Part shown: positions 36,466 through 49,021 of the stretch, piece after piece | Layout of the letters: each line of letters opens with the position of its first letter | Numbering within the stretch: position 1 is the stretch's first letter | Source of the DNA: Podarcis muralis | Taxonomy: Eukaryota | DNA length: 64,000 nt | Reading direction: 5' to 3' | NCBI RefSeq assembly: GCF_964188315.1 | Contig: NC_135666.1 | Location: 18,228,001-18,292,000 of the forward strand | Made by a program: the position numbers and the translations under genes | The notes under the pieces: generated by a model | Database searches by the model: none | Told to the model about the DNA's origin: nothing | Seen by the model: only the letters and a program-made list of their open reading frames with translations

Positions 36466-36504
36466 GTAAGCTTGCTTCTGCCAGGTCAGACGATTTGTAC
36501 ATTT

Positions 36505-36613
36505 GTTTAGGGAAGCTTTTAATGTTTGATGCGTTACTCTATTTTAATATTGTGTTGGAAGCCCCCCAGAGTGGCTGGGGAAACCCAGCCAGATGGGCGG
36601 GGTATAAATAATA

Positions 36614-36655
<42 letters not shown>
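36505..36655 (+). mobile_element. L2-type LINE 3' end with (TTA)n tail
   Basis: ggaagccccccagagtggctggggaaacccagccagatgggcggggtataaataa is near-identical to the reverse complement of 38430-38490. Confidence 0.85.
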
Positions 36656-36658
<3 letters not shown>

Positions 36659-38200
36659 TCAGAACTACCTACTTTGACTCGCAGCAGCTCCCTAGGCCCT
36701 TGGACAAAGGTATTTTTACATTACCTGTGCTACCTGTTCCTTTTAACTGAATAGCCCAGGGACTGAACCTTGGACCTTACACTGCATACAGTGGATGTGA
36801 GTGATCTGCGGTCACAGTCATTAAATCAATAGGGGTTTTTTTTTTGTTTTTTTAAAAAAAGATTATTCTCTGTTGTTTTTTAAGTCCCCAAAATAAAAAG
36901 GATCTTTCTGAAGGATGCATGGGAGGCAGATACGAGGAAAATGTAATTACGTGGCAATTAGAAATGTAATCTCATTCTCTTGCCTGTCTGGTTTATGAAG
37001 ACACTTCATTTACTTAGGAACCAGCATGTTTCATCGGTACTTAATCATGTCCCACTGCGAGGGGTTGCATGATGGATGCGAAACAGCATGCTGAGAATTT
37101 TTAAAAGAGCCGAGTATCCCTGAGGTTTAGTGGTTTAAGAGCTACCTGTTGACTATCACAGAGGTTGGGGGAAAGGGGGAAATTCCAATTTAAGAGATTG
37201 CGGTGGAAGGAAACAGACAAAAAGTAAGAGTTTGAAAGTTGCCACTTGGCAACCTTCATCTAATTACAAGCTGATGAACTAAGAAAAAATACTGGTTTTA
37301 GGTAGATTTTGCATGCATACCCCCTCTGCTGGGGAAACAGTTGCTTGTTAAGGCTTCAGAGCCACCTGTTCCCGTCGTCTCCATATGATTTCCCTAAAAC
37401 ACATCTATATCATAATAACATAGTGTCCTTGTATTTCCTTCCATTTTACTTCTATCTCAGCTTACACAATCTATTTTTTCCTTCACCATATGGTGCTCCT
37501 TGATCTACTTTTGTTCTTTTCAGTGATTACTTTTTTTTTACGCTCCGTGGAGTGTAGCCAGTAAGATCCAGTAGGATGGGTTTTTAGGTCAGGGACTATT
37601 TTTTTTTCCAGGCTCACATTATAAGCTCGGGTGATTTATCCATGCTCTATTTATAGTGAAAAGATGGCAAGTCTCATAACTTTTAGAACCGTGGCATTGC
37701 AGTGCTCACCTTGGCGTTCCAGTCTCCTGTTGATGGATTCTTCCCACCTGCTTAGGTGATGAAGCTGTGGCTTGGTTCCTGAATAAGGGTGGTTTTGTGG
37801 GCCCCTGCGTTGTGCTGTAATTGAGATGTACAACAGGGGGGAAAACAGCTGATCCATGTTCTCATAAACAGTGTGTGCTACTCCCAGGACTGTGCCACTT
37901 CAGAATGCAGGCAAAGGTGTGTGTGTTTGGGGAAAGGCCATAGCTCAGTGGTAGAGGCCCTGCTGGGTGTGCAGAGCTCCCAGGCGTCTCCAGGTAAGGC
38001 TGAGAAAGGGTCAATCATGAAATCCTACCATCAGTGTAGACAACACTGCACCCTTTCCTCCATGATCAAACAGTCTCAGGGAGTTGTGTACCTTGTCCTT
38101 CTCATGGACATTCACATTTTTGTGTGTTTATGCACATAGAACATAGAGAGTGTCCTGCTGGATGAGGCCCAAGGCCCATCTACTCCAACATCCTGTTTTC

Positions 38201-39270
38201 TTTCTTTTCTTTTTGTGTATAATTTTTATTACCTTTTCTGTTTTACAATTTAAAATATTCCTTTAATCAACCTTAAAATGTCAATGACTTCCCTTCTTCT
38301 CTTTCCATGGTTCATTTTTCATATCATAAATCCCTGCATATTTTACAAAACCATTCAGTATTCCAGTATTACATCCATCAAAACTTCTTTACACTGTTGA
38401 ATTTATCTTAATGCTATAATAATAATAATAATTTATTATTTATACCCCGCCCATCTGGCTGGGCCTCCCCAGCCACTCTGGGCGGCTTCCATAAAAACCA
38501 CAAATACAATAAAATATCACACGTTAAAAACTTCCCTGAACAGGGCTGCCTTAAGATGTCTTCTGAATGTCAGGTAGTTGTTTATCGCTTTGACATCTGC
38601 TGGAAGGGCGTTCCACAGGGCGGGCGCCACTACCGAGAAGGCCCTCTGCCTGGTTCCCTGTAGCTTTGCTTCTCGCAATGAGGGAACCGCCAGAAGGCCC
38701 TCGGCGTTGGACCGCAGCGTCCGGGCAGAATGATGGGGGTGGAGACGCTCCTTCAGGTATACTGGACCGAGGCCGTTTAGGGCTTTAAAGGTCAGCACCA
38801 ACACTTTGAATTGTGCTCGGAAACGTACTGGGAGCCAATGTAGGTCCTTCAAGACCGGTGTTATATGCTGTCAACGTTTTCAAGTGTACACAGTTCCCCC
38901 CCTCCCATATATTCAATAAACATTTTCCAATCTTCTTTAAACGTATGTTCTTCTTGTTCTCTTATTCTATATGTTCGGTCTGCAAGCTGCACATACTCCA
39001 TCATTTTAAGTTGCCATTCTTCTTTAGTTGGGACCTCGCTCGCTTTCCATTTGGGGGCTAACAAAACATGGGCTGCAGGAGTGGCATACATAAATAACCT
39101 TTGTTGACACCTGGGAATTTCCATCTGTATTATCCTCAACAAAAAGGACTCTGGGGTGGGTTTTTTTGGAAAAGAATTTTTAAACATTTTTTTCAATTCA
39201 TTGTGAATTATTTCCCAATACTCTTACCCTTTTACAGGTCCACCATATGTGAAAGAATGTAACTTCCAGT
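38201..39270 (-). mobile_element. L1-type LINE 3' fragment, interrupted by an L2 and inserted into a CR1 3' UTR
   Basis: TFFHIWWTCK zinc-knuckle motif near 39230-39260, ORF 38861-39196 (EWQLKMMEY...DWKMFIEY), and an 11-bp TSD atcctgttttc at 38190-38200 and 39271-39281. Confidence 0.85.
38416..38864 (-). mobile_element. L2-type LINE 3' fragment with an intact C-terminal reading frame
   Basis: ORF 38517-38852 gives LHWLPVRFRAQFKVLVLTFKALNGLGP...RAFSVVAPALWNALP...FRRHLKAALF. (TAA)n tail; short flanking repeat atgct. Confidence 0.9.
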
Positions 39271-41408
39271 ATCCTGTTTTCACAGAGACCAACCAGATGC
39301 CCATGTAAAACCCACAAACGGAGCCTGAGCACAACAGCACACCTGTGATTCCCAGCGATGGGTATTCAGCGGAGGGAGTGGATCATGCGTCACTGTGATC
39401 CAGGCTAAATCTGTGGGTGAGAGGAAGAGGACCTTTCTCTCCATCCTGAATACCAGCAACACTAACTTCATGTTTGTTTTGAAGTGTGGCCAGAGACACG
39501 TGGGAATATCGCAGGGCAGCTCAATGACCCTGAAACTTCCAGCTTAACTTTTGTCACTGAAACACGGCTAGTGATAGCAGAAATGTACAATATTTTCTGT
39601 TTACAGTAGCTATGCACTGTTTTGGCTATAGCTGCAAATGAATGGCGATTCCAAAAGGCGTGCAGATTTTCCCTTCTCCCACTTGATCTTCCTATAATTT
39701 TAACAGTCAAGAAAGCATGACTTCAAAACAGAAACCTTGAAGCGGCATAAAGCTCGTTGCTCACTCTATTGCCTTGCTTGAAGCCACGTGATTTGGGCAC
39801 AAGAGATGAGGAACATTGTCACACAGTAACAAAGACTCTTTGGGCAAGGACTGTAGCTCAAGGGCAGAGTTCCTGCTATGCATGCAGAAGGTCCCAGGTT
39901 CAGTCCTCAGGAAGGTGAAACCTGAAAGATTTGGCTGCTGCAGTTCCCCAAGTGTCCTTATTTTCCAGGGACAGTCTGGGATTTACAGAAGCCATCCTGG
40001 TTTCTGACTTGATCCTGGAATGTTCTGAGCTAAACAGCCCTGGGGTCTGTATCGGCATAAGATAGCCTCCTCTGTTCTGTGGCTTATACCAAGTCAGACC
40101 ATTGGCTCATTTAGCTCAGTGTCTTTCATACAGCCAACCTTTCCTAACAGTTGGGAGGATGAAGAACTGGAAGATGAGCTGCAAGCTGCTGGATTCTCCT
40201 TGAGAGGCTCCAGATATGATGTGTTTTCTAAAATGATCCCGTAACCAGCAGACAAGCCACATCTTCAGGGGCAATGAGTATTGTAGTTACCGGTACATAT
40301 TCTTGGCCACAGCTCTGTAGCACAACAGTTGGAAATGGCAAATGCACGTATGGTTACCATATTTTTTTCAATGAATCCGGGGGCCCTTTTTTTTTCATAT
40401 GTTGTTGTTGTTTTGAAGCTGAGTAGGAACAGGGGGTCAGTAGTGAGGATGGTGAGGCAAAAGACCCTGGGCCCAAGCACACATGCATATTGTATAAAGG
40501 TGCAAAGCCCTTCTTTCACAACCTGTGAAACATAAGTGTGGAGAGTTTTTTTAAAAAACTGGGCAATGGCTGCCTGTCTGTGGCTCCCGAGCCTCCCCCG
40601 ATCTGTCAAACCAAAGGGGTCAGGAGATCAGGGGAGGCCTGGGAGTCATGGGCAGGCAGTACAGCACAGGGTGCGAAAGAAGGGCTTTGCACCTTGCCCA
40701 GCAGAGAAACCATGTGCCTTGCATCCCTCCTGGGCAACGTCCGCCCGCCCACAACTCCCATCAGTCAAAACAAAGGGGGAAGGGGGCAGAAGATCTGTTC
40801 CGCCGGACGTCCCCAGTTCCCCTTTGGTAGTAGCAGTGGCAGTCAACAGCCCAGAGCCAGCCAGAGCCAACTGTGCTACCAGGCTGGCTCTGGGCTGCTG
40901 AGGCTGCCACTGCCACATTTCCTGGGGACAGATTTACAAATCTGGGGACATTCCGGAGACAGAATTTGTCCGGGGATGGAATTTGCAAATCTGGGGGACT
41001 GTCTGGTAACCCTAAGCCTGGCCCAAAGTCTGGGTTCCATTTTTCAAGAGGTGACCTCATCCTTTCTCTGCATAAAATGCAGATACTTATTATTTATGAT
41101 AATGTTGCAATCCATTTCTTGACCAAAGGGGTGGGGTGGGGTGTCCTTTGTTCCCCTGTAGATGCAAGAGGATCCATACAGAATACCCAGACGAAAAATT
41201 TTTGTAAATCTCTGTTATTTATCTGCGTAATGCAATTCCTTTGGCACCAAATCTGTGTTTTCTTGTTGCAGTGTGATTTGCTCCTCTATTTTTTATTTTA
41301 TTTTTTTAAGCATGAATAATTTTGAGGTGTTTTTTAGCAAGACTAAAATGGTGGGGTTGAGACAGTTGCACTGAATGTGGATGCTGCATTAAGTTAAATA
41401 ATCCTTCT

Positions 41409-41409
<1 letters not shown>

Positions 41410-41448
<39 letters not shown>

Positions 41449-41460
41449 TGATGATGATGA
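41410..41460. repeat. Compound (AAT)n(GAT)n microsatellite
   Basis: Direct reading. Confidence 0.9.
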
Positions 41461-42400
41461 ATCGGGCCTTTTAGCTTTGACAGATGAAACAGGCAAGGAG
41501 GTCTGGAACAGAACAGCCTGACACTTGTATGTCACGCAAGCACTCCAGATGGGAAACTGTTTAATGGCAGCACAGCTTGTTTTTGTGCCTCGGTTTGGTT
41601 TCTTACATTTCCCTTTTGAAAGTGCTTTTATTGTTCTCATGGGGGTAGGGAGGCAGGAGCTCCCACCATTTTAAATAAACACTAAAGCCTACTATGACTG
41701 GATAATTATAGCTATGAAAACGTCAAGTCATCAGGACGGAAGAAGGCAGCGATCTCAGTGCCAAACACACACACACTGCAAACACTGGCACAAGGCGGCT
41801 AGAGTGTAAGAGAAGGATGAGAGAGAGTGGAGGCTGGCTGTGTCAGGTTAAAGCAGGAATGGAGGCCCTCTAGATTTGACCAATAGTCAGGGACGATGGG
41901 ACTTGTAGTCCAACAGCATCTGGAGGTCTATAGGTTCCCCACTTCTGGGATACAGCAAAAGTAGGACTTCTCCCTCACTTACAGCTTTTTACCAGGTAGC
42001 AAGAGTCCCAAGCACAGTTAAATGTCGATGTGAGGGTTGTCAAATGTGGTGCAATGTGGACTACAACAGCTGGGCAGCTGTTTTATTTATTAAATTTGTA
42101 TACCGCCCTATACCCGTAGATCTCGGGACGATTCACAGCGTAAATTTCACAATATAAAAAACACAAAATGATAAAAATGGGAACAAAACTAACTAGACAT
42201 TCCCCCTTCCCCAACACATTTGAGAGGGCATCATTCCTGACCGTTGACTATCTTGGCTGTGGCTGATGGGAGTTGTAGTCCAAATGTCTGGAGTGCCCCA
42301 TGTTGCCTACGCCTGAATTAAAAGCATTCACCATCAGTACTTGCTGACAATGCTCATAGCTCAAAAGGGGGGGGGGAGGAGAAAGAGTCTCATTCATGGG

Positions 42401-42468
42401 ACCTTAGAGGCTAATAGATTTGTTGTAGCATAAGCCTTTTTGAACTGGATACCACTTCATCAGATATT
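42401..42468 (-). mobile_element. Decayed Penelope-like hammerhead terminus
   Basis: Minus strand reads ctgatgaagtgg...aaaaaggcttatgctacaacaaatctattagcctctaagg. CUGAUGA is intact; stem II and GAAA are degenerate. Confidence 0.55.
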
Positions 42469-42624
42469 AACTAATCTTGCAAAGATTATCAAGTTTGGCT
42501 CCCCTTTTCATGCTTCATACTGTCAACCAGTCCCATCAGCAGGAGATGAACCAAGGGTGCATGAGTCACCCTGGGGTCAGTAAAGTGCTAAATCAAGACA
42601 TGAGATGCTCCCAAGGAATAAACT

Positions 42625-42850
42625 GGAAGAATATCAGGACAGCCCTTCTGGATTAGACCAAAGGTCCATGTAGTCCAGCACCCAGTTTCCATTGCTGGCC
42701 AGTCTCGGAGATGCTTACAAGACAGACATGCAGGTAACAGTCTTCCCCTTGGTTTGTTCTTAGTGCTAGGTATTCATAGATACATTGCTTCTGAATTCTG
42801 AAGTTCCATTTTGTTACCATGCTACATGGATGTTGATAAACCTCCTCTCA
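42625..42850 (-). mobile_element. CR1 3' UTR remnant
   Basis: cttctggattagaccaaaggtccatgtagtccagcaccc resembles the other CR1 3' UTR copies. Confidence 0.55.
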
Positions 42851-43389
42851 ATCTCTGTTCATCAAAGGGAGATGTTCACTCTCTCCTTGTAGCAAGATTG
42901 GGGAATGTATGGCCCTCCAGGCATTGTTGGACTCCAGCTCCCATCAGCCTCTTACAGTATTGCCAATGGTTAGGGAATGATGGAAGTTGTAGTCCAGCAA
43001 CATCTGAAAGATGATAGGTACACAACACTCAGGCACACAACACTCCTAGCACTTTTTGTCTCTTTTTAGATGAGGAATTGGGAAACTGTGTCTCTCCATA
43101 TGTGGATTAAATACAACTCCCATCGTATCTGACCACTGGCCCTGAAGACTGGGACTGATGGGAGTTGAAACCCAACATCTAGAGAACTACAAGTTTCCCA
43201 TCCCTAGTTTAGATGCTTTCTTCCTCTATTTGCCCCTTTTGGTCAAAACATGGGAAGGGTTGTGCTGCATCATATAGGGTTGTGCTGCATCATATCAAAA
43301 GCTTTTCTAGTCCAGCATCCCTTTCACAGAGTGGCAAACCAGACACCTTCACGAAGCTTCCAAGCAGGACACTGATATTCAGAGACATA

Positions 43390-43633
43390 CAGTGGTACCT
43401 TGGGTTACAGACGCTTCAGGTTACAGACGCTTCAGGTTGCATAAACTCCGCTAACCCAGAAGTAGTACCTCGGGTTAAGAACTTTGCTTCAGAAAGAGAA
43501 CAGAAATTGTGCTCCGGCGGCGTGGCGGCAGCGGGAGGCCCCATTAGCTAAAGTGGTGCTTCAGGTTAAGAACAGTTTCAGGTTAAGAACAGACCTCCAG
43601 AACTAATTAAGTTCTTAACCCGAGGTACCTCTG
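43390..43633. mobile_element. Tc1/mariner (Tigger-like) MITE
   Basis: TA at 43388-43389 and 43634-43635. TIRs cagtggtaccttgggtta / taacccgaggtacctctg. Internal ttcaggtta repeats. Confidence 0.88.
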
Positions 43634-44320
43634 TACTGGCTCTGACACTTGAGGCAGCAGCCATTGATAGCTTCGTCCTCCGTGGGTTTATCTAAACCAC
43701 ATTTAAAGCCATCCAAGTTACTCATGGCTGTAGCTGCCTGTTTGGCACTAGTGTAGACATCGTTTGGAGTAATCCCGCCAGTATTAGTGTGTGATTAAGT
43801 CCTAAATTTGCTGCAAGTTAAAACCAGAAGATTTGCATTTAATTAATCAAGTGAATTGAGAGAACGTTGGCAAATGTCGATTAGCAAAGAAGACTTCCGA
43901 AACAGGCAGTAATCTCATATTATCTTAGCCAAACATAACATGAAGCTCAGGGGGACTATTAAACATGGTTTTAGTGCCCTGCCAGAAAATGACTGAAACC
44001 TCTTAGTCAACACAAAACATTCTGGCCAGAGGGTTTATACCACCCACATAACTCACTATTCTGCCTTGCCCTGATGTATAATTAAAATCATTTAGTAAGG
44101 GGGGAGGGGAATTGTTTCTCGCATCAATAAAATCAAATGAACTGGCACGCTAAAGGAATCCACCAGGGTTAACCTGGAAAAGATGCTGCAGTAGCTTCCT
44201 TCAGTAACATCAGACAGGTAAAGAGGATGTTCCTTGGCAGAGTACCATTATTACCTGTATGTTGATGTGAGAAGCTGCAATTTGGTTGGACAAAAACTGT
44301 GCTTCTTTAATGGGAGCTCT

Positions 44321-44693
44321 TGATGCTTTTGAATTCTGGTGCTGGAGGAGACTCTTGAGAGTCCCATGGACTGCAAGAAGATCAAACGTATCCATTCTTA
44401 AGGAAATCAGCCCTGAGTGCTCACTGGAAGGACAGATCGTGAAGCTGAGGCTCCAATACTTTGGCCACCTCATGAGAAGAGAAGACTCCCTGGAAAAGAC
44501 CCTGATGTTGGGAAAGATGGAGGGCACAAGGAGAAGGGGATGACAGAGGATGAGATGGTTGGACAGTGTTCTCAAAGCTACCAGCATGAGTTTGACCAAA
44601 CTGCGGGGGGCAGTGGAAGACAGGAGTGCCTGGCGTGCTCTGGTCCATGGGGTCACGAAGAGTCGGACACGACTAAACGACTAAACAACAACA
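44321..44693 (+). mobile_element. RTE/Bov-B LINE, 5'-truncated
   Basis: Perfect 12-bp TSD aatgggagctct (44309-44320, 44694-44705) and (CAA)n tail. Confidence 0.95.
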
Positions 44694-44712
44694 AATGGGA
44701 GCTCTCAGCGGT

Positions 44713-44845
44713 GAAGAACATAAGGACCTGCTGGATCAGGCCAATGACCCATCTAGTCCAGCTTCCTGTTCTCAAAGTGGCTGCAAAACCCACAAGCAAG
44801 ACCTGAACACAAAAGCACTATCCCCTTCTGAAGTTTCCAGCAAGT
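44713..44845 (-). mobile_element. CR1 3' UTR fragment
   Basis: gaacataag...ctgctggatcaggccaatgacccatctagtccagc. Confidence 0.7.
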
Positions 44846-45087
44846 GGAATTGCCCAAGTAACCAATGATGGAAACTCAGTATCAGCCTTAGTAACATACT
44901 GAAGCTAGTTTGCAGGGTTGGGGCAGGTCAGAAATGAATTAGAACCTTGTATTAATATTAGAAATGCCAGAGTACAGCCCGTATATGTGTTTTATATTTC
45001 AGGATTTAACAACATTACAAAATGAACTATGGAAAACAAGGCATTAAGGATTATTTCTACTTAAACTCTAGTTTTCACAAAGGTGAC

Positions 45088-45206
45088 AGCATACATCTAA
45101 TGATGTGGATTCACAAAAGTTTATGCCACAATCAATGTGTTAGTCCTTGAAGGGGCAACAGGACTCGTTTTTTACTGCAAGAGACTAAAACAGCCACCCC
45201 TCTGGA
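45088..45206 (+). mobile_element. Decayed Penelope-like element with an inactivated hammerhead
   Basis: gcata...ctAatga-t-gtg(gatt)cac-Aaaa-gtt-tatgc, then gttagtccttgaaggggcaacaggactc...agactaaaacagccaccc. Same module order as 4588-4728. Confidence 0.6.
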
Positions 45207-47256
45207 AATCTTCATTTTGTCACTCACATGCCCACCGCGTTGCCAAACTTTCTTTAAAATAAAAGTTAGGAAGTCCATGGTTCTCAGAAAAGATCCATGG
45301 GTTTTAAGGGCTGCAGAGGTGGGTGGAATGGTTTAGCAAATGCATTTGTCCACATCTCAGAACTTTGTGTGGTTGAGATTCACATTTAGGCAACTTACCT
45401 GTCAACTGGGTAGGGTACCTGTCATACGCGGATGGAGCCGACAGAGGGATTATGTCAACATCACTTTCTGTTATAGTTTGGAATGGACTTTGGACCCAGT
45501 AATTGTAATGTACACAGCAACCTGCTTTCATCATGCATGGAAGAACAACTCTCTTTCCTTCTTACTTTTGATCGGTAAACTGTATGAGCATTACACAGCT
45601 AATGCTATAGACCAGTCATGCGTTCAGTAACTCTATTAGGTGCAAAGACAGATTGATGTAAGAACCAGAGAAGTCACAGAGTTATGAACCAAGTGCTCCA
45701 TTTTTTATTGCAATGCTATAAATCAAAATCACCACAAATAAATAAAGCAGGAAAATCTCCAGCTAGGGTTGCCTCTGGCTGTTGCAGTTGTGCTGTTTGA
45801 TGAAGGTGCTTGCATGAATTACGGTATTATTATTTTACTTAAAGCATTAAACAATAGAAAACAAATAGCTTTATTACTTTTACAAGCTTTATTGGAGAGT
45901 TCACAAATAATCACTGTAAATATATTTACACGCCACCTCCAATCTTTGTTGAAAGGTAACAAGATCCCAGGGGGTTTCAGGAGCTCTCTTCTCTTTTGGA
46001 AATGAGGCACAGTAGAGACTGCAGTGTCTTTAAGATATATGGTTTATTTTTGCATCAGAGTCTACTGCGGAGAGAGAGTTCAGAGCATTCACATCTCAGG
46101 AGGGGCTTGCATTCTACAAAAAACGCAGCACTGGATTTAAAGATAGCCAGAATGCCATCTCTGTGTCTCTGCTTTATGGCTTCTTCTCTTCAGCCCTGGA
46201 TGGTGTTCAGCCAACTTCCTCCTTCTTCCCAGAACCACTTGCAGAAACAACTTCTCCCCTTTCCACAGAAACCTTCTGCTCCATGCAAGGCAGAGTGTCT
46301 TACATTTGTGGCTAGCTACCATTATCAAACAAACCAAGCCTTTTGTGTCTTCAGCAACCCACCCACAGTGAGCCATCACCAGGCTGTTATTTCCAGCCTT
46401 TGCTAAATTCATGAATTTATGAGTTTGCTCAAATTCTAACCTTTGACTGCACCTGGAGGTTTGTCCCACCCCCACAAAAAACCCCAGCATATAACAATAT
46501 GAAGATTCTAGATGACCTGGAAGGTGTAGAAAAGTTTAATTTCCCAGTTATATATTTGGCCTTAATTTGTATTTTCTGCCCTTATTATAGCTATATTTTG
46601 CTCTCATGTGGAGTTCCTGGTGGTGTCCCAGACTGATGGTCAGGCCCTCACCTGCTTATGCTCACAGCATTGCGGAGGCTGCATTTGCACCATGCATTTA
46701 AAGTATATTTAAACCTGTAGGCATTTAAGCAGGTGAGTTGAAAGGGGTCTTGATGCAGGAAATCAAGAACTAGAGCACCTTCAACAGATGGTTGTTCTTC
46801 GCTGAAGACTTTTAAGACAAGCAAAGATTGGAGTGCTCAGCCCTTTTGTTCCGTTGTCAAACCTCTTTTGTCACAAAGAAGTTCAATGGAGGTCTAACTT
46901 TCTGTAACTTCAGCCCTTTAGACCATCTGTTCCCTTCACCAAACTATAATTCCCAGAGTGGTTTTTACAGTCAATCCCTCTTCCCAGGGAACTCTGGGAA
47001 TTGGAACTCTGTGAGGGGAACAGGGGTGCTGCAGACAGTTATTCAGAGGCCCCTAACAAACTACAGCTCCCAGGATTCTTTGCGGGAAGCGAAGCCACGA
47101 CTGTTTAAAAGTGGGCTAATACTGCTTTAAATGTGTAATGCAGATGGGGCCCTTAAAACTGAAGCACTGAGAACTGGACACAGTGCTGCAGATGAGGCAT
47201 GGCTACCATAGAATAAAGAGGAACTATTGTCAGTATGTAGTTCCTCTTTATTGATG

Positions 47257-47769
47257 CCTAGACAGCATCTTAAAAAGCAGGGATATCACCTTGCCAACAA
47301 AGGTCCATATAGGTAAAGCTATGGTTTTCCCAGTAGTGATGTATGGAAGTGAAAGCTGGACCACAAAGAAGACTGATCGCCGAAGAATTGATGCTTTTGA
47401 ATATGGTGCTGGAGGAGACTCTTGAGAGTCCCATGGACTGCAAGAAGATCAAAGCTATCCATTCTGAAGGAAATCAGCCCTGAGTGCTCACTGGAAGGAC
47501 AGATCCTGAAGCTGAGGCTGCAATACTTTGGCCACCTCATGAGAAGAGAAGACTCCCTGGAAAAGACATTAATGTTGGGAAAGATTGAGGGCACAAGGAG
47601 AAGGGGACGGCAGAGGACAAGATGGTTGGACAGTGTTCTTGAAGCTACCAGCATCAGTTTGACCAAACTGCGGGAAGCAGTGGAAGACAGGAGTACCTGG
47701 CATGCTCTGGTCCATGGGGGTCACGAAGAGTCAGACACAACTAAACAACTAACCAACAACAACAACAAC
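47257..47769 (+). mobile_element. RTE/Bov-B LINE, 5'-truncated, with a templated 5'-junction insertion
   Basis: Bov-B RT and 3' UTR sequence, (CAA)n tail, 10-bp TSD attgtcagta (47226-47235, 47770-47779). Confidence 0.94.
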
Positions 47770-48170
47770 ATTGTCAGTAGTGCTACAGCATCTGTGCTCC
47801 CAAATCATTCACTGCTCACACCCAAAGTTATTTTCATAAGTCCTTTTCCAAAATCAGTTTATGTTCTCCAGATATTATTCAACTACAATTGTCACCATCC
47901 CCATCCATCTTAGCCAATGGTCAGGGATGATGTAGTCCCAAGTACAACTGGTGTGCCAAGGTTGAATAGTTCTAATCTCAGGGCCACCTTCCCCATTAGC
48001 AAAACCAGGTTTGACACCAAGTGTCTACTGAAAAGGAGTTAAGCTCCATGAAACGTGGGCTGCATGATAGTACTGCAAGCATTTGTTTGCTGCATTCACA
48101 GTGCACAGGAAAAGATGTTGGCTCTCACAATACAGGTAGGAAAGCAATTTTACACAAAAGTTATTTTGCC

Positions 48171-48444
48171 CAGGGGTCAGCAAACTTTTTTGGGGGGTGG
48201 GGGGGTGGGACAAACGAATTCCTATGCCCCACAAATAACCCAGAGATGCATTTTAAATAAAAGCACACATTCAGCTCATGTAAAAACACTAGCCAGGCCC
48301 CACAAATAACCCAGAGATGCATTTTAAATAAAAGGACACATTCTACTCATGTAAAAACACACTGATTCCTGGACCATCCGCGGGCTGAATTTAGAAGGTG
48401 ATTGGGCCAGATCCTGCCCCCAGGCCTTAGTTTGCCTACCAATG
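48171..48444. mobile_element. hAT-type MITE with an internal ~70-bp tandem duplication
   Basis: Perfect 8-bp TSD attttgcc (48163-48170, 48445-48452). Same family as 17467-17715. Confidence 0.9.
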
Positions 48445-49021
48445 ATTTTGCCAATAAACTGAAGATGAAGCAATCAGAAGCTGAAGCAGTTTTACCAGCG
48501 CTAACACACCCAAATCATTCATGTGCTGCTTAAAAGTCTTAAACGTCTGTCTGAGAGATACAGAGGACAGCAGTTCTTTTCCCAGATTCAGAATAAGTTT
48601 GGCTCCCTCTGGTGGCTTTAACCTGGAATATCATTCTGTGTTCAGTCGCCACACAGATTGCTGTTCGCACATGACCGTTGCAGCTTGACAGTTCATTGTT
48701 TTTTAAGGCACTGATTATAAACAGCAAGTCATGCAAATTCAGCAGAGAGCACAAATAAGCATTGGTGATGGTGCACATTCACATGAGTGTGTGGAGAACG
48801 TACACAAAAAAGGGACAGGTATCTGCATTATATTGAATCAGGCCATTGTTACATCTAGCTCAGTAATGTCAACACTGACTGGCAGCAGTTCCTCTGGGTT
48901 TCAGTTAGGCGTCTTTCCCAGCTGACATGGCAATGCAAGGGACTGAACCCAGAACATTTTGCATGCAGAACAAGTGCTCAGCTATGACCCTGCCCCTACT
49001 TTTCTTGGTTTACTTGCATTC

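Noticed and set aside
40536-41319. Overlapping 120-194-aa ORFs in a GC-rich patch as a hidden gene or alternative CCNY promoter
   Set aside because: No protein similarity. The patch contains MITE-like pieces (acaactcccatcag; ctggtaacccta end) and only scattered CpGs.
48028-48056. Hammerhead-like ctgaaaa-ggag(ttaag)ctcc-atgaaacg
   Set aside because: The core lacks G8, there are extra bases before GAAA, there is no stem I, and none of the family's downstream module is present.
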